A stretch of DNA of 15,315 nucleotides from an uncultured Fibrobacterales bacterium (lineage in GTDB: Bacteria; Fibrobacterota; Fibrobacteria; Fibrobacterales; CAWVXU01). Positions within the stretch are counted from its first letter, which is position 1. Each line of letters starts with the position of its first letter. Positions 1-9,126 of the stretch are shown here, one piece after another. The notes beneath the pieces are model-generated. The model saw only the letters and a list, made by a program, of their open reading frames with translations, had not been told where the DNA came from and made no database searches. The stretch spans positions 1 to 15,315 of the forward strand of contig CAWVXU010000062.1 of NCBI GenBank assembly GCA_963934255.1. The letters run 5' to 3'. Position numbers and translations under genes: made by a program.

Positions 1-631
1 ATTTAATTTTTTGTAGACCAAAACGATGTGATAAGGGAGCGTATATATCCATAGTTTCTTGAGAAATACGTTTGCGTTTGGCTGTTTTGGGGATATAGTT
101 TAGTGTCCGCATGTTGTGTAAACGATCCATTATTTTAATCATTAACACTCGAGGATCTTGAGCTACACTAAGCAAAAATTTGCGGTAAGTCATGGCTTTT
201 TGACGATCTTTATCATCTTCGCCGTTGCGTTTTATATAAGATATTTTAGTAACTGCATCAACCATAAAAGCTACGGGTGAGCCGAATCTTTTTTCTAGTG
301 TCCTCAAAGGAATATCTGTATCTTCGACAACATCGTGGAGAAGTCCAGCTATGATGGTATCGGTATCCATTTGATAGTCAGCTAAAAGTTTAGCGACCTC
401 AACGGGATGCTCAGCATAAGGCATCCCACTTTTTCGGAACTGGTTAACGTGTGCTTCAAACGAGAATTTAATGGCTTTGGTTATTTCATTTTCGTCTAGA
501 TTAGGGTTTCGTTTTAAAATCGAGCTTAAAAGATTGGAAATAGTAATTTCTTCTGGCCCCCTAAAAATCCCTTGGTGTTGGGTTTTAGACTCCTTTGTCT
601 CTGGCGGGTCTTGGGAACTACTATTTTCCAT
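1..631 (-). CDS. spoT: RelA/SpoT family (p)ppGpp synthetase/hydrolase, N-terminal HD hydrolase domain (partial, runs off the window start)
   Basis: Not in the ORF track. Translated by hand from ATG at 631-629, open to position 2: [16 protein letters not shown]...AHVNQFRKSGMPYAEHPVEVAKLL...AGLLHDVVEDT...DPRVLMIKIMDRLHNMRTL...ETMDIYAPLSHRFGLQKIK. These are the RKSGxPYxxHP, HDxxED, DRLHNMRTL and IYAPLxHRxG motifs of long RSH proteins. The start overlaps the sigma-factor stop (TAATG). Confidence 0.95.
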   Translation of the reverse strand, partial: MENSSSQDPPETKESKTQHQGIFRGPEEITISNLLSSILKRNPNLDENEITKAIKFSFEAHVNQFRKSGMPYAEHPVEVAKLLADYQMDTDTIIAGLLHDVVEDTDIPLRTLEKRFGSPVAFMVDAVTKISYIKRNGEDDKDRQKAMTYRKFLLSVAQDPRVLMIKIMDRLHNMRTLNYIPKTAKRKRISQETMDIYAPLSHRFGLQKIK

Positions 632-1965
632 TAAGAATATAACTCACCAATGCAGTGAGCCCATTCAGTGAGTTGTTTGACTCTTTGAGGATGCTTTAGC
701 TTTGAAATTGCCTTGGCTTCAATTTGTCTGACTCTTTCTCTAGAAATTTCATGTTTATCACCCGTTTCTTTGAGTGTTTTAACGCGGCCATCATCTAATC
801 CAAATCTCATACTAATGATTGCTTGTTCTTTTTCATCCAAACCGCTCAACACCGATTGAATCATGTCACGAACCATTTGATCCGAAATTTCTTTAGTAGG
901 AGAGTCAGTCGTATTATCTTCAATAAAGTCACTGTATGTAGATTGTTGTTCGTCACCAGTGTAATTATCTAAACTCACGGGATTTTGAGAAATACTAAGT
1001 GCAAGTTTCACCTTTTTATCAGATATACTGGTGTGTTTCACAATCTCTTCAATAGAAGGCTCGAAACCATAAACGTTAATAAATTGACGCTGTGCTCTCA
1101 TTACTTTACGGAGCACATCAAGCATATTGGCTGGTATTCTTATAGTTTTCGCTTTGTCAGCGATTGCACGAGTAATCGATTGTTTAATCCACCAAGTGGC
1201 ATATGTAGAGAATTTGTAACCTTTGGTGTAATCAAAGTTTTCAACTGCACGGATTAAGCCGGTATTACCTTCTTGAACCAAATCGATTAACTCCATACCA
1301 GAATTCACATATTTCTTGGCAATAGACACAACCAAACGAACGTTGGCATTGATTAATTCTTCTTTAGTTTTAGCACTGAGGCGCTCCCAATGGATGACCA
1401 ACTTGAGCTCATCTAAGTCCTTGGAATGATCAAGTTCTTTTTTATAAATATTTGTCAGTCGATCAGTTTGGCGATGATTTAAATGAATTTTCATTGATAT
1501 ATCAAAGAGTGCTGTTTGATTTTTCTTACTTTTAGAAAGAATAAGATCAAGCTTTTTATCATCTGATTCTCTAGCGATTGCCGTTTGGTAGTCAAGTCTG
1601 TTTTTTTTGTACTTCTTTTCGAGACGAACTAATTCGGTAAAGGAATCTTTAATTTCTTGGCAAAGACTTTTGTATTTTTTGTCGTTGGTCCAAGCTTCAC
1701 TGGGGAGCTGAACTACTTCTTCAATTTTAAGTTCTTCTTCTTCCATCTGTCGTCCAAGGGATACGACATCTTCGAGAATCTTAGGCGACTGAAAAATGAT
1801 TTTGCAAATCTGTTTTTGAATTTCATCAAGTTTAATACTTAATCGAACTTCATCTTCTCGAGAGAGCAAGGGAACTTTGCCAACAGACTTTAGATAAAGC
1901 CAAGTCGGGTCAGAAATTTTTTGAACTTTCTTAAGATTTGCTTTACGGTCCTTCTTCTCGGCCAT
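631..1965 (-). CDS. rpoD: RNA polymerase sigma70-family factor (RpoD-like, group 1/2; lacks region 1.1)
   Basis: Region 1.2 [21 protein letters not shown]; region 2 [13 protein letters not shown]...[35 protein letters not shown]; region 3 PVSLD; region 4.2 TLKETG...[21 protein letters not shown]-like AAGGGGA at 1978-1972 (minus strand). Whether it is the primary sigma is uncertain. Confidence 0.9.
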   Translation of the reverse strand: MAEKKDRKANLKKVQKISDPTWLYLKSVGKVPLLSREDEVRLSIKLDEIQKQICKIIFQSPKILEDVVSLGRQMEEEELKIEEVVQLPSEAWTNDKKYKSLCQEIKDSFTELVRLEKKYKKNRLDYQTAIARESDDKKLDLILSKSKKNQTALFDISMKIHLNHRQTDRLTNIYKKELDHSKDLDELKLVIHWERLSAKTKEELINANVRLVVSIAKKYVNSGMELIDLVQEGNTGLIRAVENFDYTKGYKFSTYATWWIKQSITRAIADKAKTIRIPANMLDVLRKVMRAQRQFINVYGFEPSIEEIVKHTSISDKKVKLALSISQNPVSLDNYTGDEQQSTYSDFIEDNTTDSPTKEISDQMVRDMIQSVLSGLDEKEQAIISMRFGLDDGRVKTLKETGDKHEISRERVRQIEAKAISKLKHPQRVKQLTEWAHCIGELYS

Positions 1966-2068
1966 CTACGATCCCCTTAACCACTATAAATTATCAAATA
2001 AATATCATCTGTACTCAGTAAATTACACTTTGAATATGCAATTATCTATGAATACTTTGCTTTTAACC

Positions 2069-2932
2069 TTAAAACTTTAGATTTTTTAGGTAATAATTGG
2101 CTCGAATTTCTGAATTATTTTCTGAACCATACTCTTTACTTATGCCACGGTTGAGTAGGGCACAATCTATTCCAAAGCTCTGCGCACCAACAATATCAGT
2201 CCACAGAGAGTCTCCTATCATTAATGAGCTCCCTTTTTTTGGAAACAAAGAATAAATGGCTTTTTCAAATATAAGCGGGAACGGCTTACCTAAATAAATT
2301 AAGTTACAGGAAGTTTTTTCGTGTAGCTTTTGAGCCCAATAGCCTGCTACACGAATAATTCCATTCTCAGAAGGTGCTATGACATCTGGATTAAGTAAAA
2401 TTAATTGAGCATTTGGTTTTGATAAAAGATTGATTAATTTACTCATCATTGAATCACTCATTCCTACTTCAGGCATACCCGTCATGACAACAATTGGTTC
2501 TTTAGGGCATTCAAAATGTTCAATCTTAGCCTCAGCTAAAACTTTTAAACCACTTGCTCTGCCAATATGAAACACTTGATTGAATTTCTTGGGTCGATTG
2601 AGATTAGCCAAAAGACTTCCGCTGCTAATAATTTCATTGGGATGGAAGGGAATTCCAATTTTTAATAACTTATCTGCGAGCTCTAGCCGGGTTCTAGAGG
2701 CGGCATTTGTAACAAGGCGAACTTCTTTTTTAAGAGTTCGAAGATGACTTATTAGATTAACCGCATCTTGAAACACTTTGTCATCAGTATAAAGTGTGCC
2801 AAAGCCATCAAACAAATAATGTTCATAATAAGGAAACAGCTTGTTTATTTCCACCTCATAGCTCTTTGTTATCTGATTCTTAAATTTGAGTTTATTCAGA
2901 TAATTTTGATAAATCAGTTCAAATTCGTGCAC
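2069..2932 (-). CDS. HAD-superfamily class IIA hydrolase (NagD-like)
   Basis: Motif I variant YLFDGFGTLY, motif II LVTNA, cap NPD, motif III GKP, motif IV MIGDSLWTDIVGA. GTG start preceded by SD-like AGAGGT (2941-2936, minus strand). Confidence 0.9.
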   Translation of the reverse strand: MHEFELIYQNYLNKLKFKNQITKSYEVEINKLFPYYEHYLFDGFGTLYTDDKVFQDAVNLISHLRTLKKEVRLVTNAASRTRLELADKLLKIGIPFHPNEIISSGSLLANLNRPKKFNQVFHIGRASGLKVLAEAKIEHFECPKEPIVVMTGMPEVGMSDSMMSKLINLLSKPNAQLILLNPDVIAPSENGIIRVAGYWAQKLHEKTSCNLIYLGKPFPLIFEKAIYSLFPKKGSSLMIGDSLWTDIVGAQSFGIDCALLNRGISKEYGSENNSEIRANYYLKNLKF

Positions 2933-2979
2933 AAGACCTCTTTTAGGTAGGGAATATCATATAAAAAAAACACTTTCCA

Positions 2980-2988
2980 TGATATAAT
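2980..2988 (+). promoter_or_regulatory. Candidate extended -10 promoter (TGnTATAAT)
   Basis: TGATATAAT at 2980-2988 matches the TGnTATAAT consensus perfectly, with an A-tract at 2963-2970 upstream. It lies in the divergent intergenic region. Confidence 0.5.
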
Positions 2989-2994
2989 CAATGT

Positions 2995-3563
2995 ATGAAA
3001 TCAACTCCTTATTTTGTATCATACATATAAAATTGAAAAATTTTCTTAACATTTAACACAACTGAGCAGCATGAAAACTGCATGAGCGAAGCCTTTGAGA
3101 ATAATAGTCGAATTGTCATTTTCGATCTTGATGAGGGTTAAAATTGGACAGATGGGGCCAGCTTTGGGCTTTCACCAGTAATTTCAAATCCAATTGAGCT
3201 TAAATTACTCTTAAAAAGAATAGAATCTTTAAAGAATACCGTTGCAAAGCCTTTGATCAAGAGGGTGAATTCACCCATCATGTGATTGCAAGATTTGAAG
3301 CAAAGCTAAAATTAAAACATTTAAATTTAAAAAGATACTGGTTTAAAAAAGATGTTAAGATGATTACTGACATCTACTATTCTGTTATTATTATTATTGC
3401 CAAAGACACCAATATTCATCATTTTTCAGTAGAGATGGAGAAAATCTCATTTTTGATAGAAAATGAAAGTTTTTCAAAAGAAAGCTGGTCAACAGTTGAA
3501 AAAATCTTCTCAGATTTTTATTTCATCCCTAAAGAAATATTACAAGACCTAGCCAATGATTAA
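2995..3563 (+). pseudogene. Probable decayed gene; the 93-aa ORF 3282-3563 would be its intact 3' remnant (hypothetical protein)
   Basis: The frame from ATG 2995 reads MKSTPYFVSYI*N*KIFLTFNTTEQHENCMSEAFENNSRIVIFDLDEG*NWTDGASFGLSPVISNPIELKLLLK. The frame of the 3282 ORF is open back to 3204 (ITLKKNRIFKEYRCKAFDQEGEFTHHVIARFE...). This fits several nonsense changes plus a frameshift near the A-run at 3213-3217. No family was recognised. Confidence 0.35.
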
Positions 3564-3608
3564 ATTTTGGCTATATTATACTGCACATTTGAGTAGCAAA
3601 GTTGGATC

Positions 3609-5441
3609 ATGAGTAACTATACCGAAGACAACATCAAGTCATTAGAGTGGCACGAACACATTAGAAGACGCCCAGGAATGTACATAGGTAAAATAGGAGA
3701 TGGCAATTCTCCTGATGATGGTATCTATGTATTACTAAAAGAAATTGCTGATAACTCCATCGATGAATTCATTATGGGTGTGGGTAAAAGAGTTGAGATT
3801 GATCTTGAAGAACACATTGTTCGGATTCGTGATTATGGTCGTGGGATTCCTCTTGGTAAAGTGATTGACTGTGTGTCAAAGATTAACACCGGCGGTAAAT
3901 ATGACTCAGATGCATTTCAAAAATCTGTAGGCCTTAATGGCGTGGGTACCAAAGCTGTTAATGCTCTTTCCTCTCATTTTAAAGTGATCTCTTATCGTGA
4001 TGGTAAAATGAAAGAGGCTCATTTTTCTCGTGGAATGCTAGTTCAAGACATGAAAATTCGCTCGACACAAGAAGAAAATGGGACTTTTGTTGAATTTGTA
4101 CCTGATGATACTATTTTCAAAAGATTTAGATTTATACCCATGTATCTCGAAGAGAAGCTTTGGAATTATGCTTATCTTAACCCGGGTCTTTCAATCTATC
4201 TTAATGGTCGCAAATTCGCTTCCAAAAACGGTTTACTTGATCTCCTCAAAAGACACACCGATGACACTATTCGCTATCCAATAATTCATTTAAAAGACAA
4301 TGATATTGAGGTTGCATTTACCCATGCTTCTCATTATGGTGAAATCTATTTTTCTTTCGTTAATGGCCAACATACGACCGAAGGCGGGACTCATCAGAAC
4401 TCTTTTAGAGAAGCTATTGTCAAAACCATTCGCGAATTTTTTAACAAAAATTATGACCCTTCAGATGTCCGTGCTTCAATCATTAGTGCAATTTGTGTAA
4501 GAATTCAAGAGCCAGTTTTTGAATCACAAACGAAAAACAAATTAGGCTCAACTGAAACATCAGAAGATGGCCCCAAAATCCGTACTTGGATGATTGATTT
4601 TGTCAAAACACAACTTGATAATTACTTGCATCAAAATCCAGAAACGGCTAAAGCACTTCAACACCGTATCCAGCAATCTGAACGTGAACGTAAAGAAATT
4701 GCCGGTATTAAAAAATTAGCCAATGATCGAGCTAAGAAAGCAAATATTCACAATAAAAAACTTCGTGATTGTCGTGTGCACTTTAACACTAAACATGAGA
4801 TACGTGAAGAAACGATGATTTTTATTACTGAAGGAGATTCCGCCTCAGGTAGTATTACTAAAGCCAGATCAGTAAAAACTCAGGCTGTATTTAGTTTAAA
4901 AGGTAAACCCTTAAATTCCTTTGGTTTAACCAAAAAAGTGGTCTATGAAAATGAAGAGTTTAATCTTCTTCAGCATGCACTAAATATTGAAAATGGTCTT
5001 GAAAATTTAAGATACAGCAAAGTAGTGGTTGCAACAGATGCCGATGTAGACGGCATGCATATCCGCCTTTTACTAATGACTTTTTTCTTACAATTCTTCC
5101 CGGAACTTGTAGAAAATAAACACCTTTATATACTTCAAACACCACTCTTTAGGGTGCGCAATAAAGACAAAACAATTTATTGCTATACTGATGAAGAAAA
5201 AGAACTAGCCTTAATTGAACTAGGTAAAAAAGCAGAGATTACTAGATTCAAAGGATTAGGTGAAATTTCTCCTGATGAATTTGAAGCGTTTATTGGTGAT
5301 AACATCAGATTAGACCCCGTCATGATTCCACAAGATTTTAGTTACTCTAAAACTATTGGTTATTTCATGGGCAAAAACACTCCACAACGCCAAGAATTTA
5401 TTGTCGATAACCTTCGTATTGAAGAAGAGGTTGAAGTTTAA
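3609..5441 (+). CDS. parE: DNA topoisomerase IV subunit B
   Basis: GHKL ATPase motifs [32 protein letters not shown]...GLNGVG; TOPRIM motifs [30 protein letters not shown]. It is short (610 aa), and the [16 protein letters not shown] insert is typical of the Bacteroidetes/spirochaete/chlamydial-type ParE clade. Confidence 0.92.
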   Translation: MSNYTEDNIKSLEWHEHIRRRPGMYIGKIGDGNSPDDGIYVLLKEIADNSIDEFIMGVGKRVEIDLEEHIVRIRDYGRGIPLGKVIDCVSKINTGGKYDSDAFQKSVGLNGVGTKAVNALSSHFKVISYRDGKMKEAHFSRGMLVQDMKIRSTQEENGTFVEFVPDDTIFKRFRFIPMYLEEKLWNYAYLNPGLSIYLNGRKFASKNGLLDLLKRHTDDTIRYPIIHLKDNDIEVAFTHASHYGEIYFSFVNGQHTTEGGTHQNSFREAIVKTIREFFNKNYDPSDVRASIISAICVRIQEPVFESQTKNKLGSTETSEDGPKIRTWMIDFVKTQLDNYLHQNPETAKALQHRIQQSERERKEIAGIKKLANDRAKKANIHNKKLRDCRVHFNTKHEIREETMIFITEGDSASGSITKARSVKTQAVFSLKGKPLNSFGLTKKVVYENEEFNLLQHALNIENGLENLRYSKVVVATDADVDGMHIRLLLMTFFLQFFPELVENKHLYILQTPLFRVRNKDKTIYCYTDEEKELALIELGKKAEITRFKGLGEISPDEFEAFIGDNIRLDPVMIPQDFSYSKTIGYFMGKNTPQRQEFIVDNLRIEEEVEV

Positions 5442-7993
5442 TGGATAAGAATCAAATTGAAAATCCAGCACTTTTTTACGCCAATAAAAACCATGTTGAT
5501 AGTATGTATAAAAGCTACTTCTTGGATTACGCATCATACGTAATTCTTGATCGGGCAGTTCCTTATTATCAAGATGGCTTGAAGCCAGTTCAAAGAAGGA
5601 TTTTACATACACTTTGGGAAAAGAATGATGGTAGATATCACAAGGTCGCTAATATCATTGGGCACACAATGCAATATCACCCTCATGGAGATGCCTCTAT
5701 TGGTGATGCCCTAGTTAATTTAGGTCAAAAGGATTTGTTAGTAGATACTCAGGGTAACTGGGGTAATATTATGACAGGAGATAGTGCTGCTGCCCCCCGT
5801 TATATTGAAGGGCGGTTAACGCCATTTGCACTTGAAGTTCTCTACAATGCAGACACTACAAATTGGCTAAACTCTTATGATGGTCGCAATAGAGAACCAG
5901 AATTTTTACCTGCCAAATTCCCATTACTTCTTGCACAAGGAGTTGAAGGTATTGCAGTCGGTTTATCGACCAAAATTTTACCACATAATTTTTGTGAATT
6001 ATTAGAAGCTTCAATTGCTTATCTACGCAAAAGATCATTTAAACTTTTCCCTGATTTTTTGACCGGAGGTGTTGCTGATATTTCCAATTATAATGATGGG
6101 ATGCGCGGCGGTAAAGTCAAAGTTAGAGCAGTCATAGAAGTAATAGATAAGAAACTTTTGAATATTGTTGAAATCCCTTACTCAACTACAACAAGCTCAG
6201 TCATTGACAGTATCATTGCAGCCAACGAAAAAGGCAAAATTAAAATCAAAAAAGTGGAAGACAATACTTCCAAAAATGTTGAGATTGCTGTTCACTTGAC
6301 TCCAGGAATTGACCCTAATTTAGTTGTTCAAGCACTATTTGCCTTTACTGATTGTGAGATTTCAATCTCGCCGAACCTCTGTGTAATTGTTGATAATAAA
6401 CCTCTATTTATACCGGTCCATGAAGTTCTCAAAAAAAGCACAGACCATTCACTCAACCTATTAAAATGGGAATTAGAGAATAAAAAGTCGGATTTTGAAA
6501 AACAATGGCATAAGACGAGTCTTGAAAAAATATTTATTGAAAATAGGATTTATAGAAAAATAGAAGTTGCAAAAGACCGTGAAGATATGATTGAAATAGT
6601 TGACTCAGGGCTCAAACCCTACATCGCTCATCTACGTCAGGAAGTCAGTCGCGATGATATTCTGAAATTAACTGAAATCCCTATTCGTCGAATTTCAAAA
6701 TTTGATGCTGAGCGTACTGATAAGTTATTAAAAGAGATTGATGAAGAATTAGCAATTGTCAACGAACAACTTGCAAATATCGTTGATTACACCATTGAAT
6801 ACTTTAAAAATCTATTAAAAAAATATGGGCCGGAATGGCCACGTAAAACGAAGCTTGAAGAATTTGAAACGGTCAATGCACAGCGTGTGGCTGTAGCCAA
6901 TAAAAAATACTTTGTTGACAGGACCAATGGTTTTGTTGGTACAGGAATGCGTAAAGAAGAGTTCCTTTTTGAATGTTCACCCTATGATGAAATAGTTGTT
7001 TTCAAAAAAGACTGTACCATGATGGTAGTTAAAGTCGAAGATAAAGTTTTCGTAGGTAAAGGTATTGAGCAAGTACATGTATTTGATCGAAAAGATAAGC
7101 GTATTGTTTTCAATATGGCTTATCAAGACGGTAAAGATGGAAAAGCGTTTGCAAAACGTTTTAATGTAGGTGGTGTGACCAGAAATAAGGACTACGATCT
7201 ATCTAAAGGAACCAAGGGGAGCAAATTAGTCTATTTGAGTTCGAATCCCAATGGTGAAGCAGAAGTCTTAGAAGTTGTTTTAAAGCCAAGACCACGTGTC
7301 AAACTGAACTACAAATATGATTTATCTGATTGTGAAGTCAAAGGTAGGGGAGTCAATGGCGTCTTACTTAGTAAGCACCCTATTAAGAAAATCAAAAAAG
7401 TCTCTGATGGAACATCAACACTTGGAGCTCAACACTTCTTTTATGATGTTAAGTCGTCACTTATTCATGCTGAACCTATTGGTAAGGATATGGGTGAATT
7501 TGAAGCCAATGATAAGGTTTTAATCATTAGAGATAGTGGAAAATCAGAAGCGTTTGACTTACAAGCAGCCTTCACTCCAGGTTTACAAGTTCACTATGCT
7601 GGTAAGCTTGAACTTGAAAAAGATTTTGTTGTATTTTATTACTGTGGTGAAAAATTAGCTTACTATGTTAAACGCATTAGTTTAGCTGACTTAACTCCAG
7701 GCAAAGAAGTTAATCTTTTGAGTGACCATAAAGATTCAAAATTACTTTACTTCAACAGCGTTGACCTTGCCAAAATCATGCTTGAATACCAGCCAACCAA
7801 AGGACGTTCTCTTGAAAGAATTATTCTGGATCTAGGTGAGTATGAGTTACAAAAAACAATTCGTGCAATGGGGAATCGATTTTCCAAAGCCCGTAATGTT
7901 AAAAAAGTTGCTCAATTAAGTCATGAAGTTATAGCTAAAGAAAAAACATTAGAACAAGCTCTTAAAAAAGTGGAAGGCCTAAATTATGTCTAG
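5441..7993 (+). CDS. parC: DNA topoisomerase IV subunit A
   Basis: FLDYASYVILDRAVP, DGLKPVQRRIL, YHPHGD, catalytic tyrosine in AAAPRYIE, GIAVGLSTKILPHN. No canonical GyrA box (QxRGGKG). TAATG-coupled to parE. Confidence 0.92.
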   Translation: MDKNQIENPALFYANKNHVDSMYKSYFLDYASYVILDRAVPYYQDGLKPVQRRILHTLWEKNDGRYHKVANIIGHTMQYHPHGDASIGDALVNLGQKDLLVDTQGNWGNIMTGDSAAAPRYIEGRLTPFALEVLYNADTTNWLNSYDGRNREPEFLPAKFPLLLAQGVEGIAVGLSTKILPHNFCELLEASIAYLRKRSFKLFPDFLTGGVADISNYNDGMRGGKVKVRAVIEVIDKKLLNIVEIPYSTTTSSVIDSIIAANEKGKIKIKKVEDNTSKNVEIAVHLTPGIDPNLVVQALFAFTDCEISISPNLCVIVDNKPLFIPVHEVLKKSTDHSLNLLKWELENKKSDFEKQWHKTSLEKIFIENRIYRKIEVAKDREDMIEIVDSGLKPYIAHLRQEVSRDDILKLTEIPIRRISKFDAERTDKLLKEIDEELAIVNEQLANIVDYTIEYFKNLLKKYGPEWPRKTKLEEFETVNAQRVAVANKKYFVDRTNGFVGTGMRKEEFLFECSPYDEIVVFKKDCTMMVVKVEDKVFVGKGIEQVHVFDRKDKRIVFNMAYQDGKDGKAFAKRFNVGGVTRNKDYDLSKGTKGSKLVYLSSNPNGEAEVLEVVLKPRPRVKLNYKYDLSDCEVKGRGVNGVLLSKHPIKKIKKVSDGTSTLGAQHFFYDVKSSLIHAEPIGKDMGEFEANDKVLIIRDSGKSEAFDLQAAFTPGLQVHYAGKLELEKDFVVFYYCGEKLAYYVKRISLADLTPGKEVNLLSDHKDSKLLYFNSVDLAKIMLEYQPTKGRSLERIILDLGEYELQKTIRAMGNRFSKARNVKKVAQLSHEVIAKEKTLEQALKKVEGLNYV

Positions 7994-8174
7994 TTTAATT
8001 TTAAAAATTTGTGGAATTGCCATTATTGTCGTCTGGTATTTCTTATTTAAAAGTGAATCAGAACTCACGAGAAACCTTATCTTTGTAGCTGGAATTCTTA
8101 TCTACATGAGTGGCTCTATAGTGCGGTTTATTCAGCAAAAATCTAAATCAAAAGTTGATGAGTTAGACTCATAA
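7986..8174 (+). CDS. Small membrane protein, two predicted TM helices
   Basis: Two hydrophobic segments (LILKICGIAIIVVWYFLF; LIFVAGILIYMSGSIVRFI) and a basic C-terminal tail. SD-like GGAAGG upstream; 8-nt overlap with the parC stop; fills the gap before the ABC gene. Confidence 0.7.
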   Translation: MSSLILKICGIAIIVVWYFLFKSESELTRNLIFVAGILIYMSGSIVRFIQQKSKSKVDELDS

Positions 8175-8193
8175 AACTTATTTAGGAGTATTC

Positions 8194-9126
8194 ATGATTC
8201 AGATTGATAATCTGAGTAAAGTTTTTAAAGTCGGTTTTTTTATGAAAGAAAAAATTGCAGTTGATAACTTGAGTCTTAAAGTAGAGGAAGGTTCAATCTA
8301 TGGCTTTGTTGGGCCAAATGGTGCAGGCAAATCAACTACAATTAAAATGTTATTGGGTCTGTTAAGAAAATCTAGTGGTCAGTTTTCAGTTTTAGGTAAA
8401 GATGGCTCTGATGTTCAAACTCGTCATCAGATTGGATACCTGCCGGAACAACCTTATTTTTATGACTTTCTCAGCGGATACGAACTACTTGAATTTTATG
8501 GCAAACTGTTAGACCTCAATGGACCTGTTTTAAAGGAACGCATTGAGTGGGCATTGGGAATGGTGCATGCAAACCAAGATTGGATTCACTCTAAACTCCG
8601 AAGTTATTCTAAAGGAATGATGCAAAGAATAGGCCTAGCTCAAGCAATTTTAAACAAGCCCAAGTTGTTGATTTTAGATGAGCCTATGAGTGGACTTGAC
8701 CCCGTAGGCCGACGTGATGTTCGAAATACTATCCTCGAATTAAATAAGATGGGCACGACGATATTTTATTCTAGTCATGTACTATCTGATGTTGAAGCAA
8801 TTTCGAGCGATATTGGTATCATCATTAACGGCAAAATGAGAACACAGGGTAAGATCGAGGGTATTTTGTCTGAGAATGAACCCATTTATATCATTAAATT
8901 ATTCAATTCAAAAGACGGCTCTAAAAACATCGGGGCCTTGATTGAATCTTCTGGAATTATTGGTCTCAACCAACATGATTCACTTGTCTATGAAGCAACA
9001 AATCGATCCGCCAAAGATCAGCTCATCAAGTTGTTAACTGAAAATCAAGTATCAATTGAAAATGTAGAGCTTAAAAGACCATCACTTGAAGATGTCTTGA
9101 CTCGGGAGATTGCTAAAGATGGCTAA
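8194..9126 (+). CDS. ABC transporter ATP-binding protein (ABC-2 type; resembles Myxococcus PilH, type IV pilus-associated)
   Basis: Walker A GPNGAGKST, signature YSKGMMQR, Walker B LLILDEP, D-loop SGLDP, H-loop SSH. The N-terminal LSKVFKVGF and GYLPEQPYFY motifs resemble the PilH-like subfamily. SD AGGAG at 8184-8188. Confidence 0.9.
   Translation: MIQIDNLSKVFKVGFFMKEKIAVDNLSLKVEEGSIYGFVGPNGAGKSTTIKMLLGLLRKSSGQFSVLGKDGSDVQTRHQIGYLPEQPYFYDFLSGYELLEFYGKLLDLNGPVLKERIEWALGMVHANQDWIHSKLRSYSKGMMQRIGLAQAILNKPKLLILDEPMSGLDPVGRRDVRNTILELNKMGTTIFYSSHVLSDVEAISSDIGIIINGKMRTQGKIEGILSENEPIYIIKLFNSKDGSKNIGALIESSGIIGLNQHDSLVYEATNRSAKDQLIKLLTENQVSIENVELKRPSLEDVLTREIAKDG

Noticed and set aside
471..1842. Plus-strand ORFs 471-671, 985-1257 and 1657-1842
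   Set aside because: Antisense shadows of the well-supported RSH and sigma genes, with no recognisable motifs.
2768..2950. 60-aa plus-strand ORF
   Set aside because: Antisense to the HAD gene and its start; no supporting signals.
3387..3398. (ATT)4 microsatellite encoding IIII
   Set aside because: Too short and in-frame; expected in AT-rich DNA, with no sign of phase variation.
3568..3582. -10-like hexamers (TATATT/TATACT) upstream of parE
   Set aside because: Plausible, but there is no convincing -35 element and such hexamers are common at this AT content, so it was not listed as a feature.
4078..7523. Short alternative-frame or antisense ORFs within parE/parC (4078, 4300, 4960, 5310, 5856, 7317)
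   Set aside because: Fully nested in conserved topoisomerase genes; composition typical of off-frame readings.
3609..7993. Calling the pair DNA gyrase gyrB/gyrA
   Set aside because: The short B subunit with ParE-clade N-terminal motifs and the absence of a canonical GyrA box favour topoisomerase IV.
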